This document shows positions 26,621 to 39,261 of a stretch of DNA of 64,000 bases, piece by piece (within the stretch, counting starts at the first letter, position 1; the number at the start of each line of letters is the position of its first letter). Origin of the DNA: Oculina patagonica (Eukaryota); NCBI RefSeq assembly GCF_052425735.1, contig NC_135762.1, positions 22,878,001 to 22,942,000 on the forward strand, written 5' to 3'. The position numbers were made by a program, and so were the translations under genes. The notes under the pieces are model-generated. The model had not been told where the DNA came from and did no database searches. It saw only the letters and a list, made by a program, of their open reading frames with translations.

Positions 26621-29600
26621 TAGTGCGGTCCGGTATGTTCGAAAAATCGCTCCCGTGGGATTTTCGTGCCGAAATTGATTTTTTCGCTGTTTTGCACTAA
26701 TTTTGGGCCGAATAATAAGAATCCGATGGGGTTCAAATTTTTCGACCGCATCTTCCCGTGTTTCTGGCTACTTGAGGATTTAATTTATGCTAATGAGATG
26801 CTAATTATATGCAGGAATAAGTTTTGCGAATATCTTTGCTCTGATTTAAGACTAACGTACCAAATGTTATACGAAGCTTGCTTTTGATTAGTTAAGTCAT
26901 TTTACTTAAATTGGTTTCCATGGCAACCGGTGATGACGTCAGAATTAACTACCTGCTATTTTGGCGGCGGCCATCTTGGATCCGCCATCTTGGATTTTTG
27001 AACTCTCACTTTTCTGTAGCAAAACAAAGCATTTTAAATAAACTTCAACTAACGAATGATTTCCAGTACGAACAATGTCCAGTTGAGTGCAAAACGTTCT
27101 TTATTCAAAAATATGATATTCAAAAGTATCATTGACTTTTGTTAGTCCCATAGTAACAACGCAAACGCTATTTGTCTTCTTTCTGTTACTGATGTTTTAT
27201 ACTATTGAAGAGTTCCTTTTAAAGTGTTCGTGTATTTAAACGGTTTTGTGGTAATATCTTTGCTCTGACTCCATTTTACACCGAAAAAACTTACAACGTA
27301 GTTTGACCTTTTGACGTGCGTCGTATGACTAAAGTTGTTCTTTCTTGTGGGTAGAAAACCTATTTAAGTCAATTAAAGTTCGGTTCGTCAGGTAGAAAAG
27401 CACAATGATGTTTGTTCCTATTCGTTCTGTCCTGGGTTTCTCTTTTCTTACATAAAAGAAGGAGAGTAACCGATCAAGGTAAGCGTATTTTAAGTTTTAT
27501 CAGAAGGGAAAGCTGTAAGTAAAGCTTTAACATTAAAGTAAGAATAATTTGAGAAGCGTTATTGTACGCCAATCAGGAAACATTTAGGGGTATTCTTTGG
27601 AGATCAAAAATCTGCCATTTATTAGCACACTTTCAAACCCAAAAAACAAAGCTGTAAAAATCAAAACTTTAGGCGTATTTTCGCAATTTCGAGTCCTTAA
27701 ATGAAACTCGTCAGCTCGAGCTGCACATTTAAGCGAATAGACACAAAACACAAATTATTTATTTCAATTTGTCGTTGTTGTTTTGTTAAATAAGAGTCAA
27801 GTAGTAGCGATGAAGTCATGTCTCATTTGGTGTGTATTATCTACAACGAGGGTTTTGCATTGAATAAGACTCTAACAAGCAACCCTTTAATGATTGAGCA
27901 TCTGTACAAGTACCTTGGGACAGACTGACATCAAGTCACTTACAGACCGGTGAGTGCCGCAAACCGGTCGATAACAAGGGTATGATTGAGCGACTAAGAG
28001 TTGCAAAGCGGGCCTAGACAGACAACTCCTCATCCTCTATTCGGCGAGGCCCTGGTCGTCCTTCTAAGTCATCAACCTCTTCGCGGCCTTAAAGGGCAAG
28101 AACACTCCCTAAGTCGCAGCCCGGTGAAACTGTAAAAGATTTACCGCGTTTTTTTTTCAGATCAAGTGGGAACAACGCTATTAGAAATGAGGAAAAATAC
28201 GCAGGGAATATGCAGAAAACGCCTCAGCACTTAATCGATAACCACAGGAGCTGTTAGCGTTACGCTCAGCGCACCTTCGGCGCTGATTGTGAATGTGGTT
28301 CTGTAAAATAAGTTGTTCGTTCGGCGTGCGATGTAGAATTAGTTCTGGCAGTTCAAAACACGCTAGCGGACGATAGCGCCAGCTTGAATATGGCTGAAGT
28401 AAATGACATATACGTGGCGATATTAAAAAGATATTCGATGGAAATAAGCGAAACAGGAAATTACTAAAAGTGATTAAAACAACTTTTAAGTGAGCAGCTT
28501 CCAAATCTTCAGTTTGTAAGTCGCTGCGTAAAAATGAGCCTAACAAAGTTGTTTAGTTAGCAGCTGTCAGCAAGGCTATTGATGTTCTGTCAGCTCAAAT
28601 GGATAGCAAGTAGGGATACCATTGAGGGTTTAGAAACTATGACATTGGTGTTGCGGCGAGAAATCATGTAGCACCGGAATTGTTCATTCACTGGAAGCTT
28701 TGAAGATTTTCCGAATCCGTCCTTACTCCAGTTTTTTCTCATACATTTGCCGTTTGGCTCGCACGCACTCGATGTTTCGGGAATGCGTGATAAAGAAGTC
28801 AACAAAATTGTTAACTTAGCAGGTCAGTTCGATGTCCAAAACACAAGAAGTCAAGTCAAGGATCAACCTAAGGCAAACAAGGGATTGAAACACACCATGC
28901 AAACACCTCTCTCAGTCAGTCTGCCCCTCGCTATTCAACCAGTTAGCCAACGGAGAACTGCCTACTCAAGTTAAAGACCTAGAGGAAATTGTCTGCCAAG
29001 TGTACTGCAAAGCGGGACCTACCACCCTTGCTGAACTTCGATGGGAACTCTTTCGATCCAGGAACTTGGAAGCTGAGATGCTGCCTCCAATGCCTGCTTT
29101 TTTACTCCCCTTCATCATCCGCGCAAACTTCAAGGCCATGCGCGACATCTCCTTTACCACCAGCTGCCCGGATCTTCCATCCCTCAAAGAGAATTGCTTA
29201 AGCAAACACCAAGGAGCATACGTTCCTGTTATGTGCCTGTCTCTCCCTGCACTCTAAGCTGTTGTGAAGCTTAATAAATGCAGCTGCAATTCGGACTGCA
29301 AGGGACGCTGTGGTTGTTCCAAGAACAGGCTTCCACGCACTCCTCTTTGTTAATGTTTTGAAAAAAAAAAACGATTCAAATCCATTCAAAGGTGACACGC
29401 AGGTTGATGATAAGGAAGAGGATGATGCTGCTCTTAGTGCATAAACTTAAGTCAACTTAACGGGACTCTAGCTACGCTACATTAGTATTAGACATAACAG
29501 GAGAAAGACGAGTAGAATACTATGGTACTAACAAAGTACATGCGCTTAACTAAAAAAGTACATGTGCTCAACAAAAGAAAGAAAAATAAAGAAAGTTCTG

Positions 29601-30059
29601 CCCTTATTTGGACATCACTCGTAATGGAAATCATTCGTTAGTTAAAGTTAATCAAAAGAGGCTATGTTTTGCTTTTGAAAATGAGAGTTCGAAAATCCAA
29701 GATGGCGGATCCAAGATGGCCGCCGCCAAAATAGCAGGTAGTTAATCCTGACGTCATCGCCGGTTGCCGTGGTAACAAATTTAAGTCAAATGACTTAAAT
29801 AGTCAAAAGCAAGCTTCTTATAACGTTTGGTACGTTAATCTTAAATCAGAGCAAAGATATTCGCAAAACTTATTCCTGCATATAATTAGCATCTAATTAG
29901 CATAAATTAAATCCTTAAGTAGCCAGAAACATGGGAAGACGCGGTCGAAAAATTTGAACCCCATCGGATTCTTATTATTCGGCCCAAAATTAGTGCAAAA
30001 CAGCGAAAAAATCAATTTCGGCACGAAAATCCCACGGGATTACATACCGTACCGCACTA
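26621..30059 (+). mobile_element. Academ-like (AcademX) DNA transposon, internally deleted
   Basis: TAG...CTA termini; TIRs of ~460 bp (26621-~27080 vs ~29610-30059); 3-bp TSD TTA, confirmed by the uninterrupted repeat aatcttagatgtcacc at ~25923 and ~26253. Degenerate coding remnants: LAELRWELF...LPP...RANF and a Cys cluster (KCSCNSDCKGRCGCSKN..PLC) at ~29000-29360. Confidence 0.8.
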
Positions 30060-31693
30060 TTAGATGTCACCAAGCAGTAACACACACACACGTAGTATGA
30101 CCTTTTAAAGACCTGTAAACCTAACAGTAATCGAGTCTGCCCTCTTATTTGACAAGGAATGGGTAAACGAGAGTGAAAACACGACTTTGGTTCAATAATT
30201 CAGCTAAAATTTGTCTTAAAGAGAACAATAGGGGTCACGTGACCAAGACTTACCACACTACGGAGTGAGAGCTAGGGTTATGCTTAACCCATAATAGTGC
30301 CTGGATTTGGGTTGCAGGTTTGGGGTTTATGGTTTAGGGTTAGGGTTGAGTTGTTGGGGTTAGGGTTAGATTTAGGCTTAGGGTTGCATTTTGGGCCTGG
30401 GCTAGTCACGTGACAGGCACTCCTACCACACTGAATCACCTTAGTTGAAGTAAGTGTAGCCTTGTGACTGTATTGGGCCTAACTAAAGTTTGTGGTCAAG
30501 CTACAATTTCAAATTATTTACTCCCCTTGCTTCGATTTTGTGCTGTGGTCTGATTACAAAGGTTTGAGGGCTAGTGCCATGACCACCCTCCCTCCCTAAC
30601 TTCTTGCCCTTTGCTCGAGTTGACACAAACATTTGCATAGGTACTAGTATTGACAGCCTTGCATGTTTGAAGAGTCTCCGAGTTCGAAAGATGAATTGAC
30701 TGGCAAAACGAGCCGACAATGGAAGACGTAAACGTCTTCCTTATATACGTATCGGTGGCATCCCCCTGTTGTGTAGACCCTTGGTTGATTTAAATGACAG
30801 GGTGGGGGAGAGAGACTGCTCGGAGGAGGGTGGGGAGGGTGGGGGGAAGGGATGGTGTACCTAGAATGCTGTGAGCAAGTTTGATTTTACCAAGGCTGGA
30901 GTGGGGCAGTTTTACCCAGAGTAGTCCTTTCCTTAAATTTCCATTCTGGAAACTTACTATATAAACTACCGTACGCCAGAAAACATAATGATGTTTCTTT
31001 TTATTAAGAACCAGAAATGCTGGATACCACGCAATGGTTGCACTTATAAAAACACGCCTGGTGCTAGTGATCTATACAATGTGCTGTAATGTTCTGATAA
31101 CAAATGTGGGAAATTTAAGATGTGACGCTTTGTTAACGTTTTCCTGCGAAAAAGACAGTTAAATTGATCCATATCAAATAGTTAGAACCGCACAAATCTA
31201 AGCGACAAACGACATTTGTATCTCTAACTATTTTATAATTATTAAATTTCACATAATAATGAATGGCTATGCAAACCTAATACAATCTATCAATCCAGGT
31301 TAAATGTATTTGCTGAAGCAACGCGAGAATATGCTTGATCACGAAAACTGCTGTCACGTATTTACACAGTTTCATATTAGTTAGTCTATTAGTTATCAAA
31401 TAGTTACAACCACACAAATCTAAACGACAAACGATACTTTTATCTCTTACACGATGATAATTAAGGAAGTGTAACTAGTTTCCTTTCGTCAACTTTCTTA
31501 TTATTAAATTTTACATATAATAATTATGAATGGCTTTGCAAAACTCATACAATCTATCAATTCAGGTTAAATGTAAATGCTGACGCAACGCAAGAATATG
31601 CTTGATCACGAAAACTGCTGTCATGTATTTAAATTTACACAGTTTCATTTCGAAACAATAGTTAGTCTGCCTGTAAGCTGTTTAAAGCCACTT

Positions 31694-34026
31694 TCAATAA
31701 ACAAACCATTTTGACGGCGAGTCGCTGTTTTTGCATTCTTTCGATTCACTTGTCTCTTTCCAATGACACCGCTGACCACTTTCGTCAACCTCGCAGTGTT
31801 CGAACCGCCTCCAGCACTGAATCGATTTCCACGTGCGAGACAGCTCACGTGCCTTCTGTTCACATCCGGGTAACCTCTGATGGCATTCAGAGTCTGATCC
31901 AGAACACTTGTGAGGCTTGAAGCGGCATTGTCGACACCCCGCCTCATAGTACCCCCGAAGGTTTGCTTTTTGACGGGAGGTCACTTTGTCCCAGGGCTCC
32001 CGCAGGTCAGAGAATTTCGTGAACAGCTTTCCACCTGCGATAATATCGCCGTATATGAAGTACTCTGTCCCCATTTTGATCCCGAATGTTCCTGAAACTG
32101 TGTTATCAATGTAACTGTAGGGTGTATAGAGTTTCGTCGTAAGTTCTGTGTCCAGCACGCCAAAAGCTCGGTTTTGTTGGCCGCGTGAGATTCCTTTGAA
32201 CACTTCTTTTACGGTGATGACGAAAACGTCATAATGGCCCACTTTTTTAGGCCCTGATACAACAACGGCTCGTATAACTAGAATAAAAAAACAAGTGTTA
32301 TTATAATTTGTTTTCCCAAAGGCCAAAAGAGCACCCTAAGATGAGGGACCTGAAGGGGTAAAATGGGAACTGGGATTTGCCTATTTTTTCATCCTCAATA
32401 TTCCACTGGAAAATGAGATTTGAGACACTGAGAGTAGGAATCACAAACAAAAAATGGGACTGGTACTGGGATTTACTGGATCAGGGCAAAAAATGCGCTG
32501 GAAATGGGATTCATGCCCCCCTCCCCCCTTTCAGGGCCTAATACAAAATATGAAAACTGAAATGATAAACCCAAAAAGGCTTGATAAGCTTGTTACAGTG
32601 CCCTCCAGGCCACCTTTTCGAAAAATACTATTGAAAATATTTTTAAGGTATTGACAAGAAACGCTAAATAGAAAAGAGAGAATGGGTGCAAAAAGTGAAA
32701 GCAAAATTTTAGGCAACAACTCGAAGCATGATACTTTGCAATCGTGTTTGCTGGTTTGGTTTTCTCGCAACTTAGTTTTTTCGCGGGATCTCGCGTGACT
32801 AGAGCGCGAAGCCGGCGTGAAAAAGGGGTTACGCGCAGGTAATGACTAAAGTAATCCAAGCTATGATTTCGCAGTTTTACAAAAAGACTTAAATACCGGA
32901 AGATATTAATTTAAGACATATTTCCCAACTCGTAACTCCGGAAACAGACAACGGCTCACTTCTTTCAGTTACGATACTGTTTTTGCGGCCCAGACCAATT
33001 CTTTAAAAGATATTTACTGTTGTAAATGAAGTAAATTCTGCCATAAAAATGATATTTGTAGAACTTAAAGTATAAATCCTGAGAAATTTAAGTGACTGAT
33101 CTTCAGGAAAACCGCAGATTTAATAATGTTAGTGGATACTTGAGAAATAGAACTTTGTTTCTTTTAAGAAGATAAAAAAGCGTTCTCTGGTAAAATATTT
33201 TAAAAAAATTATGAGCTTTCGACAGCCAGACTGCTGTCTTCGACGGATAAAAATGAATACGGTGGCTATGCAATTTGCCGTTCAAAATTTCGCTCTTCAT
33301 TTTTATCCGTCGAAGACAGCAGTCTGGCTGTCGAAAGCTCATAATTTTTTTAAAATATTTTACCAGAGAACGCTTTTTTATCTTCTTACAATGAATTCTG
33401 GTATCGGATCCTCAATATTTTTTTGTTTCTTTTAACCGCTCAGTTTTGACAGCGTGAATGTTAACGAACACGACTCATTTAGAGCAAAGAAAAAAGCGCT
33501 GTAATGCTTGGCTGAAACGTGTAAAAATCAATCGAAAGTTGAGTACAAAATCCCGATATGTTCTTTATACCTAACTCAAATGAGGTTTGTTATAGTTTGA
33601 TATTCATTTTGACAACGTGAATGTCCAAGAACACGGCCCAAAATAGAGCAAAAAAGCGCTGTAACGCTTGGCTGAAACGCGTACAAATCCATCAAACCTT
33701 GAATACAAAAACCGTAATCCTCTTGATGCGTACCTAACTCGGAAGAGTTTTTCAAAGTACAGAAGGAAAATTAGGCCTTTTTTATAAAGAAGCTGGCCGT
33801 CTCGCGTTTTTTCAATACGGTGGCTATGCAATTTGCCGTTCAAAATTTCGCTCTTCTCTCGGCACAAAAATGACAAAATTTCCTTTATCGTGAATTTGTA
33901 AACTTACCGAAGTCTGCTTCACAAAAAGCTTCAGTGTGGGTGTTCCAACTGAAAAACTCCTGCGTTAACGATAGCATAAGACGATAGGACACATAAGATC
34001 ACCACTAGATAAAAGTGGGCTGCCAT
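31694..34026 (-). pseudogene. TIMP: TIMP-like copy 2, frameshift and premature stop in exon 1
   Basis: Exon 1 (34026-33908) is 119 nt versus 121 in copies 1 and 3 (3-nt deletion plus 1-nt insertion) and reads MAAHFYLVVILCVLSSYAIVNAGVFQLEHPH-TGA (stop at 33933-33931). Exon 2 (32277-31694) is still open and nearly identical to copy 3. Confidence 0.82.
33168..33421. mobile_element. Penelope-like pseudo-LTR foldback insertion with a captured host spacer
   Basis: 93-bp inverted arms; 14-bp flanking direct repeat tttgtttcttttaa; absent from units 1 and 3. The arm contains gaagacagc-agtctg-gctgtcgaaa, resembling a degenerate minimal hammerhead motif. Confidence 0.6.
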
Positions 34027-35147
34027 GGCATACGACTTGTACTTTAGTCTTTTGTTGAAGTACTTTCTCGCTCTCTTGAATTTCTTCTGCCTGGAGCGTG
34101 GTTTTGTCTATCCATATTTATACCCTACAGACCCTACATGTGGGCACGGGAGAGTTAGTGTAGGCGTATCCGAAAGGAATTCGAAACATTATCTTCATAA
34201 CTCGAATTTCTGATTTTCGAGTGTTGAGTTGTGTCTTTTCCGCCGAATTTTCCAGCCCTGCAACTCCTTAACCCGACGAGACAGAAGATAATTGTAGTTT
34301 TCTGCTCGTCCAGACATATTTATCGTTTCTAGCGTTTCTTTACGGATTAGGCAAATAGTAATCACGGGAAAGAATAGTCATGGGTGAATAGACTCCTGAC
34401 ACGGCCCATTTTCACCTTGTGTGAGAAAAACTGTTATCTGTCTACACTCATCTCAGCTAATGGATAATTGCAATGTAAACGAGATTAATTACGCACACAT
34501 TTACAAAAGATAAAAAAGTCACGAAGAAGGGTCAAGACTTCGTTCTAAAACAGGAAAGCTAGCACGTTTTCCAATAAGCTCTGGACTATTTCTCTTCGGA
34601 TTATATGTGTTTTTGTGGCCCTTCATTTTCGCCTGTCCTTGCTAAATTATTGCAAACAACCTGACTAATCAACATAGGTCAATCTTTACTCTTGCGTTTA
34701 TTTCAAAATATCCCATAAATAATGACTTTTCTATAAAAACAACATTGATTAATTTACAGTGTTTTTCAGACAAGAAACCTCGCAACAGATATCATATGTT
34801 TTTTTTTTCATTTGCGACGGCGAACATGTTAAATCGAGTTAAACAAAAGGCGCGCGCTTTCTAGCTAGCTCTGTCGGATGTAGCCCTTACCACACCTTCA
34901 GCCTTTAGCCTTCTTTTGCGTTTAAGTGAAAAAGAGAACTGAAGTCTTAGATAAACAGGAAGTTTATCATTCGTTTGTTTGGCACCGTCTAACGTGCTTT
35001 AATTAATTGTTTCTTGTGGAGTGTCACGTCGATTAACTCAGATTTGGTCACGATCGGATTAATTGCTTTGCGTAACTGCACCGACCGCAAAAAAACACCC
35101 AAGAGCTCGAGATTTGAGGAGGCACGATTGAACAGAAAACTACTGTA

Positions 35148-38100
35148 TTTTTTTTTTAATTTAATACTTTATTAAATTAAATATACAGTTACAAGCACAG
35201 ATATAGATACAGATACAGAAGTTTGAAGTACAATTACACTTTGAAAAAATACATAGTTACGGGTGCACTACAGTTACAATTTTTAATTTTGAAATACTAT
35301 TACAATNNNNNNNNNNNNNNNNNNNNNNNNNNNNNNNNNNNNNNNNNNNNNNNNNNNNNNNNNNNNNNNNNNNNNNNNNNNNNNNNNNNNNNNNNNNNNN
35401 NNNNNNNNNNNNNNNNNNNNNNNNNNNNNNNNNNNNNNAGAACGAAAAATGGCAGACGTTGCATACATTTACTTTAAATAAGTTTATCTAAAAAATTTTC
35501 CCATTTAACTAAATGGAGGTGCAATTTATTTTTCTGCTTAGCAATAAATTCTTCTATTTTAATAGTTTTCCTTAGTAGAGCATGGAAGACATTCAAACTG
35601 GGATTAGTAGATCTCTTCCTACAAAGTACAATTGTTTGTTTTGCCACAAGAACTATGTGGTTTACAGCCATAAAATGTTCCTCGAGATCAGGCAAACCAA
35701 GTATAACATTGACTACTTCTGACAAATCAACACTAATTCCAGTGACACACTGTTGCAGCCAGTTGAAAATTTCATTCCAAAAGGCACTAGAATAAGAACA
35801 TAATGCAAAAAAATGTTCAGGGGTTTCTTCCTCCTCTCCACAAAAGGTGCACAAAGGCGACTCCACCAAGCCAAACTTACACAATTTAGAATTTGTAAAT
35901 AAGATTCTATTAACCACTTTGTATTGAAATTCTCTTGTGTGCGCATCTAACGCAACCTGGAAAGGCAAGCTGTATATTTTACTCCAATCACGCTTAGGGT
36001 CAGGGAACATTTCATCGAATTTCCTTTGTGCTGTTGGTTTTTCACAAACCCTTGAGACCAGACTCCCATACAGTTTTTTGGAATTTACTTTTGATGTGGG
36101 TACTTTAACTGAATTAATAGTTAAAGTGGATTCATTTGAATCCGAGTTCAAGATATAAGGACCTGTCATGGACTTAATAGCTTGTTTCCATTTAACTGGT
36201 ATTGCATCGATTAGACCTTGCCACGAAAGAAAGTTTTTCATTTTAAGACCTTTGTTATGCAAATCATTCCATGTCAAAAATTTACATGTCCCATCCAGTT
36301 TAATCATGTCACCAATTTTGTTTATACCTATATCCATCAGTTCGCTAATAAAACATGATTTATTATTTATACAGATGTGTTTATTATTCCAAATTATTTC
36401 GTTTAAAATTTCATCACTTGTTTCAGGCATTGAACCATTTAATTTTGACCATAAGGTCAAACATTCGTTATAAAATGGGGGGATAGCAATTTTCAAAGAA
36501 CTTGGATCAAAATTGCATGTTAAGAGGTATGGGCCTCCCACAGGCTGTAGAAAAAAGTTGAGAACATGTTTCCATTCGGCACCATCTTCCGGATCAGAGT
36601 ACCGTTTCAAAAAGGATATCTTCTGTGCTTGAATAAGGGATTCTAAATGTATCATTCTTAATCCACCGTTCTCAATATTATTAATCAAAGCACGTCTTTT
36701 CACTTTGTCTTTACCCTTCCAAATAAATTCGTAGATGATCGTATTCGCTCTCTTGATAACGTCATCTGGAAAAGGTAACTGCGACGCTCTATACAGGAAT
36801 TTAGGGATAGCAAACGATTTTATAATTTGAATTCTTCCAAGAATGGTTAAATGTCTCCACTTCCACAGATTAAGAGTCTTTTTCAGCGAATCCAGGATTG
36901 AATCAAAATTTAATTTAACGGCTTGCTTCTTATCATATGAGAAAAAGATGCCAAGTATCTTTAAAGGTTTATCCATATTTTTAATACCGATATCAAGCTT
37001 TATGGACGAGTCGCCAAGATGGAGAGCCTCTAATTTACCGTTATTTACTTTAAGGCCTGAGCAGCATCCAAAATCTCGCAACATTTTTAAAAGATTTTCG
37101 AAAGATTGTTTATCTTTCAAGAAAGTCGTCAGATCATCAGCGAAAATGGTTAACTTAATTTCTTCGTTATCTGAAAGTTTAAAGCCTTTAATATTTTTAC
37201 TGCTTCTAATATTTATAGCAAGTATCTCGAGAGCAATAATGAAGAGGTACGGAGACAAAGGGTCACCTTGCCTAACTCCTCGCTTGACGTCAAAATGAAC
37301 GGAGGAGAAGCCGTTGTTTGTAACACAGCTTTTAATGTTACAATAAAATGTGCTTACCCACTTGATAAAAGATTCACCGAAATTGAAAGCCAGTAGGGCC
37401 TTATTTAAAAAAGCCCAGTCAAGAGAGTCAAACGCCTTCTCGAAATCGATCGCGACAAGCAGTCCACCTAAGTCATTAACTTTGGTATAAGACATGATGT
37501 CATCAATAATTCTCGTGCTATCGGAGATCAGTCGGCCCTTGACATAGGCATTTTGATTCCTGTGTATTATGAAAGGCAAAATGCATTCCAATCTCTTCGC
37601 TAAAGCCTTAGACGCAATCTTGACATCGACATTTATTAAGGAGATAGGCCTCCAATTTGCTATATACATCTTGTCCTTATCTTTCTTTTCAATTAATTTA
37701 ATAATAGCCATTTTTTGTGACGTTGATAATTCTCCATGCTCATGCGCTGCATTCAAGCAGCCCACTACCAGATTCCCTATAACTGGCCAAAAAGCTTTGT
37801 AGAATTCGACTGTCAAGCCATCGTTTCCGGGTGCTTTACCATTTTGAAAACTCAGTAGCGAACGATAACATTCATTGAAAGTTAATTTCCCCTCACACTT
37901 CATCTGCATTTCCTTGTCTAGTTTTGGTATGTCAGGGTTTCCTAAGAAGATTTTAGCACAGCCCTGATCAATATCCGCCCCGTTGTTTTGGTATAAGGTG
38001 GAATAGAAGGACTTTAGCTGGTTTAAAATAACAGCAGGTTCCGTAATGACATTCCCGTCGTCTTGTTTTATTTTCCTTATGCAGGATTTGTTATGATTAA

Positions 38101-38202
38101 AGTTTTCAAGTCGCAGAAAATAGCTGTTACTTTTCTCCCCTTTTTCATACCATCTAGCGCGAGATCGAATCATAGCACCTTGTGTTATATAATCATACAT
38201 AG
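35148..38202 (-). mobile_element. 5'-truncated L1/Tx1-clade LINE with an uninterrupted 908-aa RT ORF
   Basis: ORF 38200-35474 (KAPGNDG, WRPISL, IDFEKAFD, GVRQGDPLSP, FADD, CTFC...HFF); poly-A tail; 8-bp TSD ctactgta (35140-35147 and 38203-38210); empty site in unit 3 (~54373-54380). Confidence 0.95.
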
Positions 38203-39199
38203 CTACTGTAGGTTTACTTTAGAGAATGGCTCATTTCAACAAAAGAAATAACTTAAATATTTTCAACTCCATGCACCAAGAATTTTGCAAACATTCTCCG
38301 TCACCGCACCATGACCGGCTGCGGTGAAATGAATCGGTTTTTCCTCAGCTCGTGTCCAAAAAACATCCCAACGAATCCCAAGTCGAAAAGGGTTATTAAG
38401 CTTTATTCTAAACAATTTGAGAAAGTTTGCTGCTACTGACCTAAAGTTTTCTTTAGGCCAATGGAAAATGAATGAAGAATGGGAAGCGGTATATACGTGC
38501 CCAGCTTCTACACTCGAGAACTAGAGCCAAGAAAGTACGTGTATAACGTGACCGTTGCGCGTGAAGTCCCTCACTCGATCAAGTTCCTCGTTTTTACGCA
38601 ACGTGGCGAAGGAGACAAACACACGCCTCTCGTTCCCCAACTCGAGCAAGCACGTTTTTAAAATAAGAGATTTATAATATAATACACTGCCAATAATACA
38701 TGTGCATGGTGAGAAGAAAGAAAACTATTGAGTAGATATTACCACCACACTCTAGATTTGAACTTGGCTGAAATAGAGGAAAATACAACACATAAATAGA
38801 GGATTCTGGAAATACGTGCACCGAGGGTTACAGTCAACAACAGATGAATTGTCACGAAAACCTCTTACAAGCAATCTTTCTGGAAATAAAAAAAAATATG
38901 CAATTTTTTTTAAAAATTCCTGAGTGGTGAAACGTAAATGAAAGAGGAAGATCTAGAAGTTATTTTTGACACGTGCTTTTTTTACTGTCACTGAAATCTG
39001 TTTTCATCAAGTGGGTATTAAAATAAAAAAAGAAATTAATAAAGAAAATAATCAAGTAGAGGATAATTATATATAATCTCGATGTACTATATATCAAATC
39101 CTCAGAAGCGACATTAAAAAAAACCATGGCAATGAGGAAAAGAAATTCACATGCAAAACGAGTTAAGGCCTGGAATAGACTGATTTACTGAAACATGCA

Positions 39200-39261
39200 C
39201 AACCTCGTCCCCAGGGCCTTCTCGGTGACGTGTCACCGAGAAGGCCCTGGGGACGAGGTTG
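39200..39261. mobile_element. 62-bp palindromic MITE (caacctcg...cgaggttg family)
   Basis: Near-perfect hairpin; 9-bp TSD aaacatgca; empty site in unit 3 (~55657-55665); half-deleted copy in unit 1 (~20179-20200). Confidence 0.88.

Noticed and set aside
31645-32163. Overlapping alternate-frame and antisense ORFs conserved across TIMP copies
   Set aside because: Conservation is explained by recent duplication; no independent coding signal.
33103-33435. Twin ORFs MSFRQPDCCLRRIKM on opposite strands
   Set aside because: Artefact of the perfect inverted repeat.
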